From positions 128,001 through 192,000 of the forward strand of contig JAZJZK010000014.1 in assembly GCA_040389905.1 (NCBI GenBank): a stretch of 64,000 nucleotides of DNA. The letters are read 5' to 3'. The position numbers and the translations under genes were made by a program. Below the pieces are notes generated by a model, which had not been told where the DNA came from, did not search any database, and saw only the letters and a program-made list of their open reading frames with translations. This document shows, piece after piece, positions 9,855-17,763 of the stretch (position 1 is its first letter; every line of letters starts with the position of its first letter). This DNA comes from Gemmatimonadota bacterium (lineage in GTDB: Bacteria; Gemmatimonadota; Gemmatimonadetes; Gemmatimonadales; Gemmatimonadaceae).

Positions 9855-10703
9855 TCAGCGCGAACGGAGCGATCGCAACAGGGCGAGTTCGGCCGGACGC
9901 ACACCGCAGTGCTCGAGCAGCTCGTCCGGCAGGCCGTCGATGCCGGCGCGCAGGGTCTGCATGTCGAGCGACGAGTCGTCACCGTGGTGCACCGTATCGA
10001 GTCCGTGCGTTCGAGCGAGATCGTCGCAGCGCGCCCACACCGTCTTTGACCAGAGGGACTCGGTGAGATCAGCGCCAGCGACGCGGGCACCGTTCAGCGA
10101 CGCCAGTGTGAGATCGGCGTGATCGAGCCGAGCGCCTTCGAGAATTGCCCCGTGCAGCGTCGCGCCCACGAGCGTCGCATGCGAAAGATCGGCCCCTGTC
10201 AGGTTCACAAAACCGAGGTCAGCGCCGCTCAAATCGGCACCGCGAAGGTTGGCTCCCTCGAGATTGCAGCGTGACAAGTCGGCACGGCGCAAGTTGGCGT
10301 CGGCGAAGCACGCGCTCGTCAGGATCGAATTCCTCAATGTGGCGCGTGTGAGGTCGGCCTCGCGAAAGTCGACGCCCGTGTCCCCAACGGCCGTCTTGTT
10401 GACGGCCTGCAAGCGCGCGTCGCCGAGTTGCGCGCGGCGAAAGTCCGCGCCGCTGATGGTGGCCAGGGTGAGATCGCTCGACGTCATGTCCGACCCTTCG
10501 AATGACGCGCCGGTGAGGTCCGCGTTACACAGATCGATGCCGCGCAGGTCACACTGCACGAGAGTCGCGCCGCTCAGTTGCGCGTAGGCGAGCGCCGCCC
10601 CGGCGAGTGAGGCGCCGGCCAGCGTGTTGCCGTCAACGGTCAGGAGCGCTTCGCCCGTGTGTCGATGAACGACCAGCATCAGCTCCCCTCGTCTGATGGC
10701 CAT
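9855..10703 (-). CDS. Pentapeptide-repeat protein
   Basis: Continuous ADLSGADL-type pentapeptides over most of its length. Confidence 0.9.
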   Translation of the reverse strand: MAIRRGELMLVVHRHTGEALLTVDGNTLAGASLAGAALAYAQLSGATLVQCDLRGIDLCNADLTGASFEGSDMTSSDLTLATISGADFRRAQLGDARLQAVNKTAVGDTGVDFREADLTRATLRNSILTSACFADANLRRADLSRCNLEGANLRGADLSGADLGFVNLTGADLSHATLVGATLHGAILEGARLDHADLTLASLNGARVAGADLTESLWSKTVWARCDDLARTHGLDTVHHGDDSSLDMQTLRAGIDGLPDELLEHCGVRPAELALLRSLRSR

Positions 10704-11784
10704 GCATCTTCTTCTGCGAGTGCTCGAGTTTACCTGCGCGCCGCCTCGTCCGAAAGCTCGCCGGTAGCGGACGATCGATGGCGTTCCGACGCCGCGCGCC
10801 GACGAATGCGGCCAGCATGTCCACTTCCAGGCGTGCGGCAGCGAAGAGGGCGGGCAGCCGCCGAGTCTCGTAGACTCGCGTTTGTCGATCGTTCATGATA
10901 CGCGCCCGCGAGGTACGCGGGTAAGGCTCGCAAGGTCGGCATGAACAGCAGGACGTGCGCGACCGGCGTGGATAACGCGCGCGTGGCGTATGCCGACTGT
11001 AAGAGGTAGTACGGCGAGGCATGGCGCACGTTTCTCGGTGTTATCTGCGCGTGGCGTCAGGTGGTGCTGGCGTGGCGTAAATGGTTCGGCGTGTGATGCG
11101 ACTCGCGTGCCTCGTGAGTTCTTGTGCACGCGGGGTAAGGCGAATGCTGGATCACGTGGAGGCGCGGCGCCAGATCGTGGCGTGTACGCCCCCCCGGGTG
11201 CGCTCGGGGTCGCGTCGAGTGGGCGTGCGCCGTGATCGGATGAACGGTCGCTCGGTGCACGGATTCCGATCGTGTTCCGAGGTGAAGCTCGCTGGGGCAT
11301 GCGGGTGCTGATGATCGCCGGGCGGATGTTCACGCGCCCAGGATGGATTCTTGCGGCGTGCGTTGGTGACACTCTCCGCTTCACACGTGCGATGCGATCT
11401 GCATGGCGTGTACTGGTTGGTGCATTGCGTGAACTGGTTCGTGCATGGCGTGGCGCGGCACTCCACAGGTGCGAAGTCGGACGCTCGCGAGGCAACTCCG
11501 TGATGGCCGGGTGCAACTCCGTGATGGGCGACTTCCACTTCGAACTGCTGGGATCGAAGTCCGCCGCCGGCGCTGGATACGCCCCGAGGCATGCGTTGGT
11601 GTTCGCATAGCGCCGCTCCAAGTCGGACACATTCATATGAAAGCGCACGATGCGCGGGGGGACACGTGTCGCGACGGCACCCAACTGCGATACGGCGCCG
11701 TTCTTGTGCGGCGAGCGCGCCGCGAATTGCGCAAATGGCCGGGCGCACATCGTCGCGCGGCACATCAATTCCGCGCGGCGCCGG

Positions 11785-11910
11785 TGCAAACACGGCGCGC
11801 ACTGCCAATTTTCCGCCGCGCGATGCGTACACAGCGCGATGCGCCGCTGCAAACAAGGCGCGCACTGCCAATTTTCCGCCGCGCGATGCGTAAATAGCGC
11901 GATGCGCCGA
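11785..11910. repeat. Two tandem 63-bp units within a region of 21-nt periodicity
   Basis: TGCAAACAnGGCGCGCACTGCCAATTTTCCGCCGCGCGATGCGTAnAnAGCGCGATGCGCCG at 11785 and 11848. Confidence 0.85.
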
Positions 11911-12221
11911 TGGAACAGGTCGTTGCGCTCCGGTATTTCGGTAGTGCGCGGATAAAAGTGCGACGCGCTCCCGTTAAAGTCGCCCTGCGGCACAGTAATG
12001 TTCGCTCGCCAAGCCGTACAGCGGGACAGTCGTTCTGTACGTTCCTCTCCGCGGTCTGTGGGTTTGCGGTGAACTCAGAACTCACTGCGTTTCGCGTTCA
12101 GTGATGTGCGCGATCAGACTGTAGACGCGGATAACCGTCCCGTACGTTCAACTTTCCGGCCGAAACACTGGAGGGCGAAGCGATCACGTTGCTCAGAGCA
12201 GTGATGTGAGCGATCGAGACG

Positions 12222-13997
12222 TTAGTACGGAACCACGTCGACTTTCGGCACGACACCGAGGTATTTGCCGATCACTTTCGACACGAGTGTCGCCGTCGTC
12301 GCGCCCTGGAAGGGCACGTATTCCAGCATCATCGCCACCACGATGGTTGGATCGTTCGCCGGCGCGAATCCCACGAACCACGAGAAGTTCAGTTCTTTTC
12401 CGTTCGCTGCGTACTTCCGGCTCTGCGCCGTTCCCGTTTTCCCCGCGAGCACCACGCCTTCCATCTTTGCGCGCACTGCCGTTCCCTCTTCCACAACGTT
12501 GGCGAGCGCCGCCCGTAGCAACGCGAACTGCGGATCTGTCAGCTGGAAGAGGCGCGTTCGCTCCGGCGTCCCTCGAACGATCTGCGGACGTGCCGCCATT
12601 CCATCGGTGGCGAGTGCGGTGTAAAACCTGGCCATGTTCAGCACGGTTTGCGCGTTCTCGCCTTGTCCAATTGCGAGGTTGAGCGTGACGGCATTCGTCC
12701 ATTTCCCGCGTCCATACCGCCGGTCGAAATACGCCTGCGCGTTCGGCCACACGGGCGTGCGCTCGCCCGGCAGGTCGATGCCGGTCTTGCTGTTGAAGCC
12801 GAGGTCCACACCGCCGGCAATGAGCTTCGTGAGCCCCACGCGAAGGCCCAGCTGATAGAAATAGACGTTGCACGATTTCGCGATTGCTTCCGACAGCGAA
12901 AGGCTCCCGTGCTGCGCGTCGCAATGAAATGGTCGTCCGCCGTAGACGAGCTGCCCGTTGCATGGCTGTGGCATGTGTTCGTCCATCCGCACGATCCCGC
13001 CTTCCAGCGCGGTGATGGCCGTCGCAATCTTGAACGTCGAGCCCGGCGGATACTCTCCCTGAAGCGCCTTGTTGTAGAGCGGCCTCCTCGGATCGGTGTT
13101 CAGCGAGTCCCAGTAGGCCGCGGGGATTCCACCGGTGAATCGATTCCCGTCCCATCCGGGTTCACTCACGAACGCGAGTACTCCACCTGTCTTCGGATCG
13201 AGGGCGACGAGACTTCCCTGGAGGGTGTCGCCGAAAAGGCTCGCGGCGTACTGCTGGAGGTCTTCGTCGATATTCGTCTGCAGGGAGTCGCCGGCCACCG
13301 GGGCGACGTCGGGACGAACATTCACCGTTCGCACGATGCGGCCGCGCGCATCCACCTCGGCGAATTGTGTTCCTTCATGGCCGCGCAGCCGTGCATCGTA
13401 GTATTTCTCGAGGCCCAGCTTGCCGATGAGCTGTCCCGACTTGTAGTCGAGCGTGTCGTTCGAATGCGACAGGTCCGACTCGGTGAGCTCGCCGGTATAC
13501 CCCACGACCGCCGAGACATCCGCGCCGTCCGGATAGAAGCGCCGCGGTGCGCTCTGGATGATCATCGCCGGAAGTTGCGGACGATGCTCCTCGAGCACGC
13601 TGATAACGTCGAACCCCGCGTCGGGAATGATGACGGTGGGTCGGCCGGGCGCCCGGCGAAGCCTCCGCACCGCGAGGTCGATGTCCCGTGGCGTGATGCT
13701 CACGATCGAGCCAAACTTCTCGAGCATCGCGCGCAGCGAGTCTTCGCGCAGCGCCAGCACGGATACCGAGTATCCCACGACGTTGTCGGCGAGCACCTTT
13801 CCGTTCCGGTCAACGATCACTCCGCGTGCCGCCGGGAGTGGAATCTCGCGCAGCCGGTTCGACTCCGATTGCAGCGAATACCTCTCACGGTGGATCACCT
13901 GAGCCCGGAAGAAACTCGCGAGGAGCAGGAACATGACGCCGCCGAGGATGACCGCCGCAGCCCTCGCCCGGCGATGGACTTCGTTTGGGTGATGCAT
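12222..13997 (-). CDS. mrdA: Penicillin-binding protein 2 (class B transpeptidase)
   Basis: N-terminal TM anchor, RGVIVDRNG, GKLGLEKYYD, PGSTFK (SxxK), SCN (SxN), GKTGTAQ (KTG). Confidence 0.93.
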   Translation of the reverse strand: MHHPNEVHRRARAAAVILGGVMFLLLASFFRAQVIHRERYSLQSESNRLREIPLPAARGVIVDRNGKVLADNVVGYSVSVLALREDSLRAMLEKFGSIVSITPRDIDLAVRRLRRAPGRPTVIIPDAGFDVISVLEEHRPQLPAMIIQSAPRRFYPDGADVSAVVGYTGELTESDLSHSNDTLDYKSGQLIGKLGLEKYYDARLRGHEGTQFAEVDARGRIVRTVNVRPDVAPVAGDSLQTNIDEDLQQYAASLFGDTLQGSLVALDPKTGGVLAFVSEPGWDGNRFTGGIPAAYWDSLNTDPRRPLYNKALQGEYPPGSTFKIATAITALEGGIVRMDEHMPQPCNGQLVYGGRPFHCDAQHGSLSLSEAIAKSCNVYFYQLGLRVGLTKLIAGGVDLGFNSKTGIDLPGERTPVWPNAQAYFDRRYGRGKWTNAVTLNLAIGQGENAQTVLNMARFYTALATDGMAARPQIVRGTPERTRLFQLTDPQFALLRAALANVVEEGTAVRAKMEGVVLAGKTGTAQSRKYAANGKELNFSWFVGFAPANDPTIVVAMMLEYVPFQGATTATLVSKVIGKYLGVVPKVDVVPY

Positions 13998-14150
13998 CTC
14001 ATGCTATATAGTGTGTCAGCCCTCGCGAGCGACAGTGACTGTCTGGACCTCCTGTCCCAGCACCGTGGCTGGCGCACTCGGACGCGAGATCCGGGCCGTC
14101 GTCAGCGTGCGCAAGTCGCCCCTCCTTCTTCTTAGGTCGCGCGCGCGCCT

Positions 14151-14450
14151 TCAGCCTGCGGACCCCGACGGCGACCGCTCGCCGTGTGGTCCCGGCCGCG
14201 GCGCTGCCTCGACGACCGCCAGCACGCGTGCCGAGTCCGCAGCCGCGAATCCCCGGCGGCACGCGAATCGACCGGCCAGGCGCACGATCCACCGCCGGAG
14301 GTGTTTGGGATCAATCCCGTGCCGCGCGGCAAAGCGGAGCCGCGACTCCCCACTGCGGCGCCACCCCTCGATCACGTGGCGGGCCTCGTCTTCCCGCCAA
14401 TGGGATTGCCGTGTCACCCGCGCGACATCGGCCACTGTCCTCTGCGCCAT
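14151..14450 (-). CDS. IS66 accessory protein TnpA-like HTH protein
   Basis: HWREDEARHVIEGWRRSGESRLRFAARHGIDPKHLRRW matches the W..SG.S...FA..HG......L..W pattern. AGGAGG RBS. Confidence 0.65.
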   Translation of the reverse strand: MAQRTVADVARVTRQSHWREDEARHVIEGWRRSGESRLRFAARHGIDPKHLRRWIVRLAGRFACRRGFAAADSARVLAVVEAAPRPGPHGERSPSGSAG

Positions 14451-14536
14451 CGTCTCCTCCTGTCGTCTCTCAGAGAGAAAGGCAGAAGGATCGTCCGCTA
14501 CATCACAAGCTCAACATGGGCAGGCCGAACGCTTAC
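14151..14536 (-). mobile_element. Truncated IS66-family element: left end plus tnpA-like ORF
   Basis: Minus strand begins GTAAGCGTTCGGCC at 14536 (IS66-type GTAA terminus), followed by a TnpA-like ORF. No tnpB, tnpC or right end seen. Confidence 0.65.
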
Positions 14537-15367
14537 GATGATGGATCCCTGCCGTCGAGCGCAATCGGCGCGGGCCCGCCCCCCTGCCCCGCCGACCCGT
14601 GGGTCATTCTTGCCGACGTCAGCATCACCGACGACTGCAAGGTGCGCGGGGTGAACTGCTTTACACATCGGCGCTACGTCGTTTCGTTCGCCGACTTCTA
14701 TTTCGTCTGTGCGCAATCAGCGCCCAATACCGGCTTCTCCCTCGGTAACGCGGCGCCGCTGTCCAACGCCACTGCAAGCATGCGCATGATGTCGATGATG
14801 TCGGGCACCGCGAATCTGATGGACACGAGTGCCACAATGTCGGGCGAAGCACCTCGCGCCATGGTCGCCCTCTCGCGCAGCGACGCCAGCACGACGATGC
14901 TCCCGGCACACTTTTCGGTCGAGCGTGGCACCACCGTCGCCGACTTGCTCGAGCGCGAAGGAGACCGCGAGTACTATGACGCAGCCGCGGATCGCCTCTA
15001 CACGCTGCGCGACAATTATCGCGCGGCAGGTGTTCCACTGTCAACGGCGCTGAGCTCCACGGCCACGGCGCTTGGTCCCCTCGAGGGAGCGGTCTTCGAC
15101 GCGGAGGCAGCAGCCACAGGTGATGACGCGGACGCGATGAGAGTGACGACGCTCGCCGGCGTATCCGAGACCTCCCAGCTCGGCAGGCGTCTGGCCGGGC
15201 TTACCGTCGCTGAGGTTGGAGCGATGACGCGCGAAGACTTTGTGGCGCACGCAACCAAGGGAGTCGCCGCGCGCCAGAAGAAACAGTTGGCTGAGCAAGC
15301 GCACGATGTGTGGCGGCTCGCGCGCGATGCCAGCGTGTACGCGCCGGAACGCGATGCCGACGAGTAA
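14537..15367 (+). pseudogene. 5'-truncated hypothetical gene beginning at the IS66 end
   Basis: Protein-like frame (PPCPADPWVILADV...HRRYVVSFADFYFVC) starts immediately outside the IS terminus. The nearest upstream ATG lies inside the IS end. Confidence 0.5.
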
Positions 15368-15481
15368 GCCGGTCGCGGCGGACCACGAAACGAAGTCCGA
15401 TCGCAGGCAAAACATAGATGACGCCGAGTACGTTCGCAGAGTGCCGCCAACATCCCGCGTCGCTCCTCTCTGACGGCGGCG

Positions 15482-15916
15482 TCATGGCTCGAGTCGCAAC
15501 TCCAATATGGTCGCGGAGCCGTAGCCCGGCAGCACGATCTTTCGCGCCGCGCGTAAGTGCGCGAGATGAAGACGTATTTGCGCCTGTTGTTCTTCGGTCA
15601 GGGAGATGCTAGCGTCCACAAGGCGAATCGTCTCGTCCTTCGACGGAGACACCCCGTTGGTATTTCGTTCGGCGAGAAGCCGGTTCATCGCCGCGGAGTA
15701 GGTGAATGGATTGAGATTTGTCGCCGACAGAATAATCAAGTTTTTCGTGGCGCCGCTCTTTTGGCGCACGACTATCGCGACCGTTCCGCGCGGAAGGGTA
15801 TCGACGAGCGCAATCGCCACACTGTTTGAGCCTTGCGCGCCTACGGACTTCACGCAAGGCGTGACGACGAGGGCTGCGATGAGTAGCAGCCATGAGAGCC
15901 TACTGTAACGTAACAT
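15482..15916 (-). CDS. Small secreted hypothetical protein
   Basis: MLRYSRLSWLLLIAALVVTPCVKSVGAQ signal peptide; GGGAG upstream of the start. Confidence 0.7.
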   Translation of the reverse strand: MLRYSRLSWLLLIAALVVTPCVKSVGAQGSNSVAIALVDTLPRGTVAIVVRQKSGATKNLIILSATNLNPFTYSAAMNRLLAERNTNGVSPSKDETIRLVDASISLTEEQQAQIRLHLAHLRAARKIVLPGYGSATILELRLEP

Positions 15917-15960
15917 CGATACTCCCGGCTCGTGAGTGAGGAATGGCGTTGGTGATGTCA

Positions 15961-16680
15961 CTATTGCACCCACACCCAATGGCATTCGCGAGTATTTGTG
16001 CCATCGGACCAGATTGTATCGGTGCACCATTCGTTCCATGCACCCGTGTGATACGTCGGGACATACCAATATCCGCTACTTTCGCTCGTGATAGTTACAC
16101 CTAGCGAATGCCATGTGGTAGCTGAGTGGGGAGTCGGGGAGGCCGGTTGAGCAGCATGGCACAATTTTAGATTCGGATATGTCGCTACGGACGCGTCCGT
16201 GAGCTGACTATTGTCGGCGCTGACACCCGTGTGAGATGACGATACGTGGGAGCTTGCCTCGCACTCCATGACGAACTGCTGCGCTGCTGGCGTTTTGTGG
16301 TACAGGCAGATAGGAGTGCAAGCCACTCCAGCGACTTGGGCTCCGTCTCCTTCGAACGTGTCTTGATTCTGCCCGTTCTTTGAGGTGACGATGTTCATGT
16401 GAATTGTGGAGGTAAGTCGGGTGTTCGTGGACCCAAGAATGCCGAAATCGCCCCCATACCATGAATGTTCCGCACGCGCCTCGAACGTGCTTGCGGTTGG
16501 GACTACCTCACTTGAACTGGCACGCCAACTCAGCGGCCCTTGATCGCCTTCATCGTCGTGATTTGCGGACAGTGGGGAGCGCATCTGTGGACCGACCATG
16601 TGTTCTGCACAACTCCCGAGCGGTGACGCGAGACAGATGGCACTTAGCAACACGTTCCTGATGCGTCGCAATTTGGTCAT
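15961..16680 (-). CDS. Cys-containing hypothetical lipoprotein
   Basis: MTKLRRIRNVLLSAICLASPLGSC lipobox; GGAAGG RBS; AT-richer codon usage than the flanks. Confidence 0.7.
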   Translation of the reverse strand: MTKLRRIRNVLLSAICLASPLGSCAEHMVGPQMRSPLSANHDDEGDQGPLSWRASSSEVVPTASTFEARAEHSWYGGDFGILGSTNTRLTSTIHMNIVTSKNGQNQDTFEGDGAQVAGVACTPICLYHKTPAAQQFVMECEASSHVSSSHTGVSADNSQLTDASVATYPNLKLCHAAQPASPTPHSATTWHSLGVTITSESSGYWYVPTYHTGAWNEWCTDTIWSDGTNTRECHWVWVQ

Positions 16681-16717
16681 TCTTGTTTCCTTCCACGTGA
16701 GTGAAGTGTGGTCGTTG

Positions 16718-17122
16718 CTAACATGTGGGACGCTGAGTGGCGACCCACTGCCGTCGAACGCCGCTACTACTGCTTTCTAGTCCGGTGATCATCACGGTCT
16801 TCCTGAACTCACCGATCGCCGGCGTGGTTGTTGAACTGCGTAGCGGACGGGGGTCGTTTCGGTGCCACCCGTTCCGGTCGAAGCGTGCGTATCCCACGGC
16901 GTTGGACGCCGTCTGGAATGCAACATCGGTGTGAGTGCCAACCTCGAACGTGTTGAAGTGGTTGATGCCTTCGGGAACAGTCAGGGTTTGGAGGGTTTTT
17001 GTTGACATGTCCGGAAAGACGGCCGTAACGCGAATTGTGGCGAGCGATGCCGTTGACTCCGTCATCCAGAAGAGAAGGACGGCGTTCCGGAGTCGACCTA
17101 GGTGAAGTTCTCGTACTGGCAC
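16718..17122 (-). pseudogene. Probable C-terminal fragment of a hypothetical gene
   Basis: Beta-rich protein-like frame co-oriented with the two downstream genes; no convincing start. Confidence 0.3.
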
Positions 17123-17364
17123 TTCAGGGTCATCCCAAATCCCCTTTATGTGCTATCATGCGAATGCGCCCAAGCCGCGTGAACTACTTCGTGGACCAAG
17201 CAGGTCTTTCCAGCCGGGGCACTGCGCGTATCTTATCCTCGAAGGGACTCGAACCCGCGCTCGAGTCCATGGCGCCAGTACATGTTCGGGAACTCCCGTG
17301 CCGCGTTGGTGATGGCGTGAACGGAAGTCCTGTTCCCTCCCCGCTCAAAACCCGGATCGAGCAA

Positions 17365-17754
17365 ATGAAGAAACTTCTTTCCGTGCTCGTGCTCCTCATC
17401 CTCAGCGTGCGTCCGATCGCGGCGCAGGGCACCGGCGTCGCCGGCCAATGGAAGGCGGAGTTCGACACGCAAGTCGGGGTGCAGAAGTACCTGTACACGT
17501 TCAAGCAAGAGGGCGCAGCGCTCACAGGTGCGGCGAAGGCGGAGATGGCCGGCGAGAAGCGCGATGTCGTCCTGCGCGACGTGAAGGTCAATCGCGACAC
17601 GCTCACGTTCACCGAGACGCTCGACTTTCAGGGCAACACGCTCTCCATCACGTATACGGGAATCGTCACCGCCGATCAGATCGCCTTTACGCGCAAGGTG
17701 GGAGACTTTGCCACGGAGACGTTCGTCGCCAAGCGGGAGAAGGGAGGCGCGTAG
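17365..17754 (+). CDS. Small secreted beta-rich hypothetical protein
   Basis: MKKLLSVLVLLILSVRPIAAQ signal peptide; GQWKAEFDTQVG...FTRKVGDFATETFVAKR. Confidence 0.85.
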   Translation: MKKLLSVLVLLILSVRPIAAQGTGVAGQWKAEFDTQVGVQKYLYTFKQEGAALTGAAKAEMAGEKRDVVLRDVKVNRDTLTFTETLDFQGNTLSITYTGIVTADQIAFTRKVGDFATETFVAKREKGGA

Positions 17755-17763
17755 ACGCGCGCG

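Noticed and set aside
10730..11029. 99-aa ORF upstream of the pentapeptide gene
   Set aside because: No recognisable motif or RBS; composition is typical of a spurious high-GC frame.
10893..11993. 366-aa ORF with repeated CxxC
   Set aside because: It arises from a DNA repeat tract and is Arg/Ala/Pro-rich, so it is not supportable as a CDS; kept only as a periodicity finding.
17244..17259. GGGACTCGAACCCGCG, 14/16 match to the tRNA-Pro T-arm, as a third att site
   Set aside because: Too short, the flanks do not match and the T-stem does not pair fully; it could be chance.
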